Assembly (NCBI GenBank): GCA_044229475.1
Contig: JBGASW010000007.1
Span: forward strand, 62,054-126,053
Direction of reading: 5' to 3'
Length of the DNA: 64,000 nt
From: Thermoanaerobaculia bacterium
Lineage (GTDB): Bacteria; Acidobacteriota; Thermoanaerobaculia; UBA5066
In this document: piece after piece, positions 9,198 to 18,846 of the stretch
How positions within the stretch are numbered: position 1 is the stretch's first letter
How the letters are laid out: each line of letters begins with the position of its first letter
Translations under genes and position numbers: made by a program
The notes under the pieces: model-generated
Database searches by the model: none
Told to the model about the DNA's origin: nothing
The model's input: the letters and a program-made list of their open reading frames with translations, nothing else

Positions 9198-10270
9198 GGC
9201 GCGCCCTCCTCCTCCTCGCGGTCGCGTTCTTCCCCGGCTGCGGGCGCAAGCTGGCGCCCGAGGCGCCGCTGCTCGTGCTGCCGGCCCGCGTCGAGCCCGT
9301 GCGCATCTCGCAGGAGGCGGGCGACGTCGTGCTGCGCTTCCCGTATCCGTCGGTGACGAACTCCGGGTCGACGCTCACGAACCTCACGAAGGTCACCGTC
9401 GCGCGCGAGATCCAGAGCATCCGCGAGGGGCAGCGCATCCCGCCGCCGCCGGCCGACGCCGCCCAGCGCGAGAGCGAGGAGCGGACCTTCCGCGCGCGCG
9501 CCGAGACGGTCGCGGAGCTCTCCGCACGCGACCTCGACGCGGCCACGGTCGGCGCGGACCTCGTTTTCCGCGACCCGCTCGTGCCGCTCTACCGCGAGAA
9601 GCGGCTCGGGCGCGTCCTGCTGCGGTACGCCGTCACGGCGACCCGCGACAAGAAGCGCGTTTCCGAGCTCTCGCCCATCGCGTCGATCGTGCCCCGCGTG
9701 CCGCCGGACCGGCCGCTCCGCGTGATCCCGGCGGTCGAGGAGAACCGCGTCTGCCTCGACTGGTGGCCGCCCCCCGCGATGCTCGACGGCTCGAAACCCG
9801 TCGTCATCGCCGGATACGCGATCTACCGGCGAGACGCCTCCGAGGAGGAGTTCGAGGATCAGCCGATCGGCGTCGCGATCGGCGCCACGACGTACGTCGA
9901 CGCGACGACCCGGCCGGACCGCGCGTACGTCTACACGGTCCGCGCCGCCCCGGTCGCGGACGTCCCGCTCATCCTCGGCCCGGCCGCGGACCCCGTTGCC
10001 GTCTCCACGAAGGACGTCTTTCCGCCGCCGGCACCCGAGGGACTCCTCGTGCTCGCCGAGTCGGGCGGAACGCGGCTCGTGTGGAACCCGTCGCTCGCTC
10101 CGGACCTCGCGTTCTACCGCGTCTACCGGACGGACGGCGGGGCGCCGGCGCGGCTCGCGGACGGACTCAAGGACCCGCTCTTCTTCGACGCGGGGGCCTC
10201 GGGACGAACCTACGGCGTGACCGCCGTCGACAAGTCCGGCAACGAGAGCGCGCCGGGGACGGTGAAATGA
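9194..10270 (+). CDS. Hypothetical lipoprotein with fibronectin-III-like repeats
   Basis: Signal peptide + lipobox FFPGCG; two beta-sandwich-like repeats (WWPPP, LVWNPS); translationally coupled to hslU and dapF. Confidence 0.55.
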   Translation: MRRALLLLAVAFFPGCGRKLAPEAPLLVLPARVEPVRISQEAGDVVLRFPYPSVTNSGSTLTNLTKVTVAREIQSIREGQRIPPPPADAAQRESEERTFRARAETVAELSARDLDAATVGADLVFRDPLVPLYREKRLGRVLLRYAVTATRDKKRVSELSPIASIVPRVPPDRPLRVIPAVEENRVCLDWWPPPAMLDGSKPVVIAGYAIYRRDASEEEFEDQPIGVAIGATTYVDATTRPDRAYVYTVRAAPVADVPLILGPAADPVAVSTKDVFPPPAPEGLLVLAESGGTRLVWNPSLAPDLAFYRVYRTDGGAPARLADGLKDPLFFDAGASGRTYGVTAVDKSGNESAPGTVK

Positions 10271-11124
10271 AGATCTCGCCGCTCGGCGGCCTTCCGATCC
10301 GCTTCACGAAGATGAGCGGCGCGGGAAACGACTTTCTCGTCTGGGGCGAGGCCGTGAGCGTGGGTGCGGCCGAGGTCGCCGCGATCCAGCGCCTCTGCCG
10401 GCGGGGAACCGGCGTCGGGGCCGACGGCGTCCTCTTCGTCTTCCCGGACGGGCCCGGCCGCGTCTCGGCGGACTACCGCAACGCCGACGGCTCGGTGGGC
10501 CGCTTCTGCGGCAACGGCACGCGCTGCGCCGCGCGCTTCGCGGTCCTGAAGGGGCTCGCGCCGGAGAACCTGATCGTGAGGACCGGATGGGGCGACGTTC
10601 CCTCCCGCGTCGACGGCACGCGCGTGACGCTCCGGCTGCCCGAGCCCGTCGCGGTGGGCCGCGCGGTGTCCTCGCTCGACGCGTCCGGGGCGCTGGAGCG
10701 CGAGGCGTACGCCCTCACGGTCGGCGTTCCGAACGTGGTCGCCTTCGTCGCCGGGGGGATGGACGTCGCGGCGCTCGATTTCGCGCGCATCGGTCCGGCC
10801 CTGAGATACCACCCGGAACTGCGCGAGGGCGCGAATGCGGATGTCGCGCAGGTGCTCGGGCCGTCGCGGCTCCGCGTGCGGACCTGGGAGCGCGGGGTCG
10901 AGGCCGAGACGCTCGCGTGCGGCTCGGGCAACGTCGCGACGGCGGTCACGGCCGCGGCGCTCGGGCGCGTCACGCCGCCCGTGTCCCTCGAAACGCGCTC
11001 CGGGCAGGTCCTGCGCGTGGACTTCCGATTCGAGGGCGAGGTCGCGCGAGACGTCACCCTCGCGGGCGACGCCCGCGTCGTCTACGAGGGGACGCTGGAC
11101 CCGGGGGAATGGGAGGACGCATGA
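10267..11124 (+). CDS. dapF: Diaminopimelate epimerase
   Basis: FTKMSGAGNDFLV motif and two catalytic Cys (GNGTRC, CGSGN). Confidence 0.85.
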   Translation: MKISPLGGLPIRFTKMSGAGNDFLVWGEAVSVGAAEVAAIQRLCRRGTGVGADGVLFVFPDGPGRVSADYRNADGSVGRFCGNGTRCAARFAVLKGLAPENLIVRTGWGDVPSRVDGTRVTLRLPEPVAVGRAVSSLDASGALEREAYALTVGVPNVVAFVAGGMDVAALDFARIGPALRYHPELREGANADVAQVLGPSRLRVRTWERGVEAETLACGSGNVATAVTAAALGRVTPPVSLETRSGQVLRVDFRFEGEVARDVTLAGDARVVYEGTLDPGEWEDA

Positions 11125-11891
11125 GGTTCGTGAGGCTCGTGAACGGCGGCGCGCCCGCGTGGGCGCTGGCCCAGGAGGAGACGCTCGTCCCGCTCGCGGG
11201 AGCGCCGTGGGAGACGGGCGGCGTGCCGAAACCGTCCGGAGACGCGGTCCCGCGCCGCGGGGCGCGCCTCCTGCCCGCCGCCTCGCCGACGAAGATCCTC
11301 TGCATCGGGCGGAACTACCGCGCCCACGCGGCGGAGCTCGGCCACGAGGTTCCGAAGGAGCCGCTCGTCTTCTTCAAGCCGCCGTCGTCCCTCCTTCCGC
11401 ACGGCGGGACGGTCCGCCTTCCGCGGGAGAGCGCGCGCGTCGACTACGAGGGTGAGCTCGCGCTCGTGATCGGCCGGCGGGCCCGCCGCGTTGCGAAGGA
11501 GGACTGGCGGGACGTCGTCTTCGGCGTCACGTGCGCCCTCGACGTGACGGCCCGCGACCTCCAGAAGACGGACGGCCAGTGGTGGCGCGCGAAGGGCTTC
11601 GACACGTTCTGTCCGCTCGGTCCCGCCGTCGAAACGGACGTCGACCCGTCGACGCTCACCCTCCAGACCTTCGTCGACGGCGCGCCCCGGCAGAACGGGA
11701 ACACCGCGGACTTCATCTTCGACGTCGGGACGCTGATCGCGTGGACGTCGGCCGCGATGACGCTCGAGCCGGGGGACGTGATCCTCACGGGCACCCCCGA
11801 GGGCGTCGGGCCGCTCGCGGCCGGACAGACGGTCGAGGTGCGGATCTCCGGCGTCGGAACTCTCTCGGTTTCCGTGGCCGCCGAGGACTAG
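11121..11891 (+). CDS. Fumarylacetoacetate hydrolase (FAH) family protein
   Basis: FAH-fold pattern (ILCIGRNYRAHAAE ... VDYEGELALVIG ... GDVILTGTPEGVG). Confidence 0.8.
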   Translation: MRFVRLVNGGAPAWALAQEETLVPLAGAPWETGGVPKPSGDAVPRRGARLLPAASPTKILCIGRNYRAHAAELGHEVPKEPLVFFKPPSSLLPHGGTVRLPRESARVDYEGELALVIGRRARRVAKEDWRDVVFGVTCALDVTARDLQKTDGQWWRAKGFDTFCPLGPAVETDVDPSTLTLQTFVDGAPRQNGNTADFIFDVGTLIAWTSAAMTLEPGDVILTGTPEGVGPLAAGQTVEVRISGVGTLSVSVAAED

Positions 11892-13324
11892 CGGGTCCGG
11901 AGCGCGTCCAGCAGCTTCCGCGGGAACCCACCGAAGGCGCCGGACGACATCGAAACGACGACGTCGCCTGCGCGGAGTTCCGCGAGCAGCGCCGAGAGAA
12001 GAGCCTCAGGCGTCGGCGCCGTGAGCGCGGGCTTTCCGGCGGCGCGGAGCCGCGCCACGAGGGCGGAGGCGTCGAGAACGCCGGGCCCGCCCGGCTGCGC
12101 GAGCCGGGCGGCGTGGAACGGAGCCGCGAGGGCGACGGCGTCCGCCGCGCCGAGAGCCGCCGCGTACGGATCGAAGAAGTCCGCCCGGCCCGCCGTCATC
12201 GAGCGCGGCTCGAACGCGGCCCAGACGCGGCGTCCCGGGAAGCGGTTCTTCGCGCCGGCGACGGTGGTCGCGACCGCGGTCGGATGGTGGGCGAAGTCGT
12301 CGACGACCGTCACGCCCGCCTCGGTCCCGACCACCTCGAGGCGGCGCTTGACGCCGCGGAAGGACGCGAGTCCGCCCGCGAGCTGCGCCGGATGGAGGCC
12401 GAAGCCGAGAGCGGCGCCGAAGGCGGCGAGCGCGTTCGAGACGTTGTGCCGGCCGGAGAGCGGCGAGAGGACGGAATACGGCTCCTGGCCGGAACGGTGC
12501 ACCGTGAAGCGGGTGCCGCCCTCGCTCTCGGCGACTTGCGTCGCGAGGAGGTCCACGTCGGGCGCGCCGGCGGGCCTGGGCGCGACGCCGTAGAGGCGGA
12601 CGCGGGTCCGCGCCGCCGCGAGCACCTCGCGCACGTTCGGGTCGTCGCCGTTCGCGACGATCGCGCCGTCCTCGGGGACGAGCGCGACGCCGGCGCGAAA
12701 AGCGGCCTTCACGGCGGCGAGGTCCGCGTAGAGATCCGCGTGGTCGAATTCGACCGACGTGAGGACGAACGTCCGCGGCGCGTAGTGGAGGAACTTCGGT
12801 CCCTTGTCGGCGTAGGAGGTCGAATACTCGTCGCCCTCGACCACGAACGGCGCGCCGCCCCCGAGCGCCGCGGGACCCGGGAAGTTCGCGGGTTCGCCGC
12901 CCACGAGATAGCCGGGGTCGCGGCCCGCAGCGGCGAGGAGCCAGGCCGCGAGGGCGGTCGTGGTCGTCTTGCCGTGCGTTCCCGCGACCACGACGGGGTG
13001 CCGGCCGACGAGGATCTCGTCGTGGAGCGTTTCGGGCATCGAACGGACGTTGAGCCCCCGGCGCAGGGCCTCGAGGATCTCGGGGTTGTCCCGGCGGGCG
13101 AGGTTGCCCGCGACGACCTCGGACACGTCGGCGCCGACGTTCTCCGCGCGGAAGGCGGGCAGGACGGTGATCCCGAGAGCCGCGAGGCGATCGGACATCG
13201 GCGGATAGACGGGGCCGTCGGAGCCGGTCACGCGTTCGCCCCGGGCGAGGAGGAGGGAGGCCAGCGGCGTCATTGCGGTCCCCCCGACGGCGACCAGGTG
13301 AAACGTACGAGGGGCTGCGGACAC
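11888..13324 (-). CDS. mpl: UDP-N-acetylmuramate:L-alanyl-gamma-D-glutamyl-meso-DAP ligase (murein peptide ligase)
   Basis: Colinear with Mpl/MurC family: VTGSD, AGTHGKTTTTA, GDEYSTSYADKGPKFLHYAPRT, EFDHADLY. Confidence 0.8.
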   Translation of the reverse strand: MSAAPRTFHLVAVGGTAMTPLASLLLARGERVTGSDGPVYPPMSDRLAALGITVLPAFRAENVGADVSEVVAGNLARRDNPEILEALRRGLNVRSMPETLHDEILVGRHPVVVAGTHGKTTTTALAAWLLAAAGRDPGYLVGGEPANFPGPAALGGGAPFVVEGDEYSTSYADKGPKFLHYAPRTFVLTSVEFDHADLYADLAAVKAAFRAGVALVPEDGAIVANGDDPNVREVLAAARTRVRLYGVAPRPAGAPDVDLLATQVAESEGGTRFTVHRSGQEPYSVLSPLSGRHNVSNALAAFGAALGFGLHPAQLAGGLASFRGVKRRLEVVGTEAGVTVVDDFAHHPTAVATTVAGAKNRFPGRRVWAAFEPRSMTAGRADFFDPYAAALGAADAVALAAPFHAARLAQPGGPGVLDASALVARLRAAGKPALTAPTPEALLSALLAELRAGDVVVSMSSGAFGGFPRKLLDALRTR

Positions 13325-13501
13325 CGGGCGCGGAGTTTGCTAGACGGGTCGGGCGCCGTCAAACGACGCCTCGCTGGCGTGTCCCGCCGGGAGGCCGAGA
13401 AGAGGCCCGGCGCACCCCACGTATACTCGTCAAGGCTCGAATCCAGAGTGTTTCAAGGGTCCCGGCGCGGCCGGGCCCGCTCCCGAAGGAGGCTCCCGGA
13501 C

Positions 13502-14557
13502 ATGACTCCCCCCCGCCATTCCCGACTCGCCGGCGCGATCGCGGCCGCCGCGCTCCTCGCGCTCGGCCTGCCGTCGCCCCTCGCCGCCCAGGCGAAGGCC
13601 GCGAAGGCCGCGGAGGCCGCCGGCCCGAAGCTCGTGATCGTCGAGGACAAGAAGGACGTCGGACAGGTCGCAAAGGGCGAACCGATCAAGCACGTGTTCG
13701 TCCTCAAGAACACGGGCACGGCCGACCTGCACATCACGGACGTGAAGCCGTCCTGCGGCTGCACGGTGCCGGAGTTCGACAAGGTCATCAAGCCGGGCGC
13801 CGAGGGGAGGGTCACCCTCACGGTCGACACGAAGGGCTTCTCGGGCCCGATCTCCAAGACGGCGCTCCTCATCACGGACGACCCGGCCGTGCCGCAGAAG
13901 ACGCTGTTCCTCTCGGCCGTCGTGAAGCCGTTCGTCGACGCCCTGCCGTACGCCTTCTTCCGGATCACGGCTCTTTCCGGCGAGGCCGCGTCCGCGGAGG
14001 TCATCCTCGTGTCGGACGAAGCCGACTTCAAGCCCACGAAGGCGGAAGCCCCGAACTCGTTCCTGCGCGTCGCGCTCACGCCCGTGCCCGAGAAGGAGCT
14101 CGTGAAGGACCGCGGTCCGAATCAGTGGAAAGTCACGGTCACGACGGCGCCGGACGCACCCGAAGGCCTCCTCGGCGGCGCCGTGAGGGTCATGACGGGC
14201 GCAAAGAAGCAGCCCGAGATCGAGCTCCAGGTGACCGGCTTCATCAAGCCGGCCGTGTCCGTGACGCCGCTCTCGATCAACTTCGGCAACTTCGACCCGA
14301 AGGGCGATCCCCAGAAGCGCAACGTCATGCTCGTGAACAACAACGCGGCCGTCGAGAACTTCTCGGTCACGAAGGCCGAGACGAACGTCCCGGGCATCTC
14401 GGCCGAGGTCGTTCCCGTCGACAAGTCGCGCGTCCAGGTCGTCCTCACGGTCGACCAGAAGATCAAGAAAGGCGTCTTCGAAGGCGACCTCACGATCAAG
14501 ACGACCGACAAGTCGCGCGCCGAGGTCAAGGTCCCGATCAAGGGCGTCATCCTCTGA
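13502..14557 (+). CDS. Secreted DUF1573-domain protein
   Basis: Signal peptide; KNTGTADLHITDVKPSCGCTVPEF motif characteristic of DUF1573; good SD (GAAGGAGG). Confidence 0.65.
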   Translation: MTPPRHSRLAGAIAAAALLALGLPSPLAAQAKAAKAAEAAGPKLVIVEDKKDVGQVAKGEPIKHVFVLKNTGTADLHITDVKPSCGCTVPEFDKVIKPGAEGRVTLTVDTKGFSGPISKTALLITDDPAVPQKTLFLSAVVKPFVDALPYAFFRITALSGEAASAEVILVSDEADFKPTKAEAPNSFLRVALTPVPEKELVKDRGPNQWKVTVTTAPDAPEGLLGGAVRVMTGAKKQPEIELQVTGFIKPAVSVTPLSINFGNFDPKGDPQKRNVMLVNNNAAVENFSVTKAETNVPGISAEVVPVDKSRVQVVLTVDQKIKKGVFEGDLTIKTTDKSRAEVKVPIKGVIL

Positions 14558-14629
14558 GGTAATCGGGAAACCCGTCACGCGGGTTTCCCGCAACCTTCCG
14601 CTCGGCCGCTGCGCGGCCTGCGCCTGCTC

Positions 14630-15304
14630 CTACTTTCGTTTCCGCGGCGTCGAGGACGGCTGCGGCGACGTCGGAACGTCGTGGAGCGGCGGATACGGGA
14701 GCGTCGCCGCGTGCTCGGCGATCGCCTTGAACATGCGGAGGGCCGAGAGGCGGCGGGCGCGGCGGGCCGGCATGTACGTGGGCGACAGGAGCGCCGAGAA
14801 CGGCGAATCCGCGTCGTAGTGCGAAACCCACGTCAGGTCCGTCGTGCCGTCGGGCCGGGCGTCGACGAAGAAGGACAGCGTGAGGCTCTCGACCTTCGCG
14901 TCGAGAAGGTCCGCGGCATCGGACTTCAGCAGGAAGGACAGGACTTCCCCGGGCTGGAGGGCGATCACGGCCAGGTCGATCCGCCGCGGCCCGTCGGCCG
15001 TCGTCGCGTCGATCGAAAGGACGTCGCCCTTGGACGCCGTGAGCCCCTTGCCGTAGCGCGCGCGGCGCGGCACCACGTTGGGAACCCCCGAGAGGAGCCA
15101 CGTGCTCACGGTCTCGGTGCCGACGAGGAGGCGCCAGACGACGGACTTCGGCGCGTCGATGGAAACGCACTCGGCTCCCTGGAAGGTCGCGATCGGGGTG
15201 TCCGTGAAAGTCCGGAGCCGCGTGCTGAGCGGGTCGGGCTGCTGCGCCGCCGCGGGGACCGCCGCGAGGGCGAGAACGCCGAGGACCCGGAGGGGGCGAT
15301 TCAT
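14630..15304 (-). CDS. Hypothetical secreted protein
   Basis: Signal peptide MNRPLRVLGVLALAAVPAAAQQ; coding-like codon bias; alternative start 15316. Confidence 0.45.
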   Translation of the reverse strand: MNRPLRVLGVLALAAVPAAAQQPDPLSTRLRTFTDTPIATFQGAECVSIDAPKSVVWRLLVGTETVSTWLLSGVPNVVPRRARYGKGLTASKGDVLSIDATTADGPRRIDLAVIALQPGEVLSFLLKSDAADLLDAKVESLTLSFFVDARPDGTTDLTWVSHYDADSPFSALLSPTYMPARRARRLSALRMFKAIAEHAATLPYPPLHDVPTSPQPSSTPRKRK

Positions 15305-15346
15305 CGCGTTCAGCATAACGGGAAACGCGGACTCTACAATTCTCCG

Positions 15347-15754
15347 ATGGCCTTCCGGGCGCTCGCCGCTCTTTTCCTCCTCGCGACCGTTCCGGCCGCC
15401 GGGGACGCGCCCACGCCGTTCCGCTGGGAGGGACTCGTCCGGCGTAACCCGGGAATCGTGATCTTCAGGAGCCGGTGGAATCCCGGCGTCCTCGAGCTGA
15501 AGGACGACCTCCTGCGCTGGACGGACCGCACGGACCCCGGGAAGAACCTCGTCCTGCCCGTGCGGCGCCTGACGCAACACACGCTCGTGTGCCGCGGCGG
15601 TCCGGCGGCGGCGTGCACGGAGTGGCGCGTCGCGACGAAGATCGAGACGTACGTGTTCCGGGAGGCGCCGCCCGAGGGCGGCGCCTCGCTCCGGCGCGCG
15701 TTCGACGCGCTGCGCGGCGCGTACGCGGACGTTCCGTCGTCCGAGGAGCGTTGA
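15347..15754 (+). CDS. Hypothetical small secreted protein
   Basis: Signal peptide MAFRALAALFLLATVPAAG; two Cys pairs. Confidence 0.4.
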   Translation: MAFRALAALFLLATVPAAGDAPTPFRWEGLVRRNPGIVIFRSRWNPGVLELKDDLLRWTDRTDPGKNLVLPVRRLTQHTLVCRGGPAAACTEWRVATKIETYVFREAPPEGGASLRRAFDALRGAYADVPSSEER

Positions 15755-15758
15755 GAGG

Positions 15759-16280
15759 CTATTTCTTCGGCCGCGAGGCGGGTGGGAGGATCTCGAGCCA
15801 GTCGAAGCCCGCCGCGAGCGTGCGCTCGTCGGTCGCGCCCGGAATCCGGTCCTTCGGGGACTCGGCGTACGTGAACGCGAAGGTCAGCTCGTTGGCGCCG
15901 CGCTTCCATGCGTCCTTCGACGTTGGAATCGTGTAGACCCTCGGCTCGCCGCCCAGGGTCACGCTCTGGATCTTCCGGCCGTTCACGGAAAACGTGAGGG
16001 TCTGCCCGGGGCCGCCCGGGAAGCCGAACGGCCAGCACCGGAAGCGCACGAGACGGTCGCCGTCGGCGCGGCTCTGGACGACGACGCGCGCCTCCTTGCC
16101 GTGGGCCCAGACGAACGTGTCGCCGGAGTCCGTCTTCTCGAAGCCGTCCCAGCCGGGGCCGAGGGCCCCGGCCGTCGTCTCGGGGTCGAAGTTCAGGGAA
16201 CGCGTCTCGTCGACGCGGCGGCAGGATGCGGTCAGGGCGAGCGCGGCGAGCGCCGCGGCGGCGAGGACGGGCTTCTTCAC
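15759..16280 (-). CDS. Hypothetical lipoprotein
   Basis: GTG start; signal + lipobox LTASC; last gene of a three-gene secreted-protein operon. Confidence 0.45.
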   Translation of the reverse strand: MKKPVLAAAALAALALTASCRRVDETRSLNFDPETTAGALGPGWDGFEKTDSGDTFVWAHGKEARVVVQSRADGDRLVRFRCWPFGFPGGPGQTLTFSVNGRKIQSVTLGGEPRVYTIPTSKDAWKRGANELTFAFTYAESPKDRIPGATDERTLAAGFDWLEILPPASRPKK

Positions 16281-16289
16281 CGGGCGAGT

Positions 16290-16646
16290 CTAGCGCCGGA
16301 CTTCGACACCGGCGGCCACGAACACGGCGCGCCCCTCGCGAACCTGGGCCTTGCCCTCGGCCGCGAGCGTTCCGCCCGCGAGGCCTTCGGGCAGCGTCCA
16401 CGAGCCGTCGGAGACGATCGGAAGGACGGCCTCACCCTCCTTCAGGACGGGCCGGCCGGCGGTCCCTTCGTTCTTCCCCTCGACGCGCACGGCCTTCACG
16501 GCGTACTTCTCCGGAGCCGCGACGACGGCCGCGACGTGCACCGCCGTCAGGCCGCGCAGCGGCTTGCCGTAGAGGTCCGCCGCGCGTGCGGGAGCGGACA
16601 GGGCGAGAGTCGCGGCGGCGAGGACCGCGGCGTGGGCGGCTCTCAC
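16290..16646 (-). CDS. Hypothetical small secreted protein
   Basis: GTG start overlapping stop of upstream gene (GTGA); signal peptide AAATLALSAPARA. Confidence 0.35.
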   Translation of the reverse strand: MRAAHAAVLAAATLALSAPARAADLYGKPLRGLTAVHVAAVVAAPEKYAVKAVRVEGKNEGTAGRPVLKEGEAVLPIVSDGSWTLPEGLAGGTLAAEGKAQVREGRAVFVAAGVEVRR

Positions 16647-17845
16647 GGGAGCTTGAAGACCTTCGCGCCCTGGTAGGCGTACGCCGCGGTCGCCCCGCCG
16701 CACGGGGCGCCGGCCGAGCCGGCGGCGCGCGTGTACGTGATCGTGCCCTGGATGGACCCGTCGTATCGGGAGAGGATCGTGCCGCTGAACGTGCTGTTGG
16801 GGTCCGCTCCCGAGAACGAGATCGTCCCGTCCGTGGGGTTCCTTACGAAGCTCGTGTTCTGGAGCGAGGGCCCGAACGACGGGCCGAACGCCTGGAAGCT
16901 GAACCCGACCGGCCCCCCCGCACAGTTTTCGACGACCATCGTCGTGTAGACGAAGTCGCCGTTGCCGTCGACGATGTCGAGGCGGCCGCCGGCGCCGTAG
17001 GCGTCGTTGAGCGCGATGCCGAAGGCGCCGTTGTTCGCGATCGCGACCTTCACGGGCGGCGAGTAGCTGATGGACGCGATCGCGTTGTCGATCACGGAAG
17101 CGCCCGTCGCGACGGGGCCGCCGCTCTTGACCTTGACGGTCGCGGTGAGGTTCGTGTCGTCGGCGGTGTAACCGAAAGACGCCGCGATGCCGTTGATCTG
17201 CGTCTGGGCGTATTTCGCGAGCGTGACGTCGCGCGTTCCGAGGACCGTGCCGTCGCCCTTGAGGAGCGTGACGGTGACGACGGTCGAGCCGGTGCCGCTG
17301 GCCGAGAGGAGGAAGAGGTTCGTCCGGTAGCCGCTGGACCCGCTGCTGGAGGACGAGACGTACGGTACGTAGGCGGTCTCGCCGAGCGCGACGAGCTGCT
17401 CCGTGTTCTGGGCGGGAATCGCGAAGCCGTTCGTGCCCGGGACGCCCGTCGAGCTCCTCGCGTTGACGACGAGCGTCTGCGAGAGGACCCACACGGGCTG
17501 CTTCGTCGAGCCGGTGGACTCGACGCGGATGCCGCCGGCCCCGACCGTGCCGAACTTCGTGGACAGAACGTCGTCGATCGCGAGCGTCGCGTTCGCCGGC
17601 ACCGTGACGGCGACCTTTCCCGCGCCGCTGTTGTCGCCGGATCCGTCGCTCGCGGGGAGGAGGTACAGGTCGACCGTCGCGGCGGCCGCGTTCGGGTTCA
17701 CGATCCGGAGGCCCGTGACGTAGTCGTTTCCGCCGCCGGAGGCGTGCGCGGACGTCACCACCCACTGCGTCGTGGCCGGCGTGTCTGCCCGGAGGGCGGC
17801 GGGGATCAGAAGGGCGAGGACGGCGAAACGAAGGGTCAGGCGCAT
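16643..17845 (-). CDS. Hypothetical secreted Gly/Ser/Thr-rich beta-rich protein (400 aa)
   Basis: Signal peptide MRLTLRFAVLALLIPAALRA; strong third-position GC bias; no recognisable catalytic motif. Confidence 0.5.
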   Translation of the reverse strand: MRLTLRFAVLALLIPAALRADTPATTQWVVTSAHASGGGNDYVTGLRIVNPNAAAATVDLYLLPASDGSGDNSGAGKVAVTVPANATLAIDDVLSTKFGTVGAGGIRVESTGSTKQPVWVLSQTLVVNARSSTGVPGTNGFAIPAQNTEQLVALGETAYVPYVSSSSSGSSGYRTNLFLLSASGTGSTVVTVTLLKGDGTVLGTRDVTLAKYAQTQINGIAASFGYTADDTNLTATVKVKSGGPVATGASVIDNAIASISYSPPVKVAIANNGAFGIALNDAYGAGGRLDIVDGNGDFVYTTMVVENCAGGPVGFSFQAFGPSFGPSLQNTSFVRNPTDGTISFSGADPNSTFSGTILSRYDGSIQGTITYTRAAGSAGAPCGGATAAYAYQGAKVFKLP

Positions 17846-17948
17846 GCGGTCGGCTTCCTCTCGGAGAGATTTTGACCCGGATTGGACGCGGAGCGGCCGC
17901 CAAAGTTGCGACCCCGTCTCCCGGAGTGTCGCCGGTGTCTCCGGTCTT

Positions 17949-18782
17949 TCAAAACAGGGCGCCAGGGGCGCCCGCGATCCGCCGGAAGTCGCCGCGCCGG
18001 CGGAGCGCGAGAAAGGGGATCGCCTCCTCGGCCGCGAGCCCCATGCGCCGCGCCGCTTCGAGCAGCGCGGCCGCCTCGGCGGGGAGCCGCACGACGAGGC
18101 GGGACGCTCCGGAAGCTCCCGCACGGGCCGCGAGGGCGACGAGAAGCTGTGCGGCGGCTTCGGGACTCCGGCCCGCGGCCGGACCGATCCACGCGCGCGT
18201 CCCGGAGCGGCGGAGGGCTCCGACGGCCTCGGGCCGCCCGCGCCGGCGCAGCGCGAGCACCTGTCCCTGCGCGACGGCGCGCTCCCATTCGGGCACGCGG
18301 GCGAAACCGCGCGTTTCGCGGTCGAGGTCGGCCACCCACCCCGAGAGCGCGGCGCCGAACCCCACGGGCTCGAGCGCGCCCACTCCGGCCGCGGTCCCGG
18401 GCGGCGCTCCGCCGAACGTGAGGACGAGCGTGCGGAGCGAGAGGCCGGCCCTGAGGAGGAACGCGACGCCCTCCGCTCCGGAAGGCGCGAGCGCCTCGAG
18501 GGCGCGCGCGCGCCGCGCGGCGCCATAGGCGCGCACGGCCTCGAGGAGCGCGCGGCCCACGCCGCCTCCCCGCGCCGCGGGGTCGACCTCGAGGCGCGCG
18601 AGAAGGAGCGCGTCCTCGCGCACAGCGGCCGCGGCCCGCCCGAAGATCCGCCCGTCGTCGTCGGCGGCCACGAGAGCGCCGTCGGGGTCCGTCGCGAGGA
18701 GCGCGGCGTCCGCCGCGGTTTTCGGCCACTCGCCCGGGCGCGGGGGCCGGACCCGGAACGGAAGGTCTTCTTTCGCGCTCAC
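17949..18782 (-). CDS. GNAT-family N-acetyltransferase (two degenerate GNAT repeats)
   Basis: Acetyl-CoA binding-like RGGGVGRALL motif; GTG start; divergent from TetR gene. Confidence 0.6.
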   Translation of the reverse strand: MSAKEDLPFRVRPPRPGEWPKTAADAALLATDPDGALVAADDDGRIFGRAAAAVREDALLLARLEVDPAARGGGVGRALLEAVRAYGAARRARALEALAPSGAEGVAFLLRAGLSLRTLVLTFGGAPPGTAAGVGALEPVGFGAALSGWVADLDRETRGFARVPEWERAVAQGQVLALRRRGRPEAVGALRRSGTRAWIGPAAGRSPEAAAQLLVALAARAGASGASRLVVRLPAEAAALLEAARRMGLAAEEAIPFLALRRRGDFRRIAGAPGALF

Positions 18783-18810
18783 CCTTGACTGACGCTAACA
18801 CGGGTCCTAT

Positions 18811-18827
18811 ACTTAACATTGTTAAGT
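18811..18827. promoter_or_regulatory. Perfect 17-bp palindrome ACTTAACATTGTTAAGT, candidate TetR operator
   Basis: 8-1-8 perfect inverted repeat in AT-richer divergent intergenic region, ~20 nt upstream of TetR start codon. Confidence 0.45.
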
Positions 18828-18846
18828 AAATGAGGGAGATTCAGGC

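Noticed and set aside
11531-14557. 1008-aa plus-strand ORF
   Set aside because: Only its last 351 codons (13502-14557, DUF1573 protein) look real. The upstream part is antisense to mpl and low-complexity.
16226-17903. 549-aa plus-strand and 537-aa minus-strand ORFs over the secreted-protein operon
   Set aside because: Alternate-frame and shadow ORFs. The real genes are 16643-17845 and 16290-16646 (minus), identified by signal peptides and codon bias.
17836-18819. Several Arg-rich ORFs (327 aa, 338 aa, 218 aa) overlapping the GNAT gene
   Set aside because: Poly-Arg/Pro/Ala low complexity. GNAT frame has the acetyl-CoA-binding motif.
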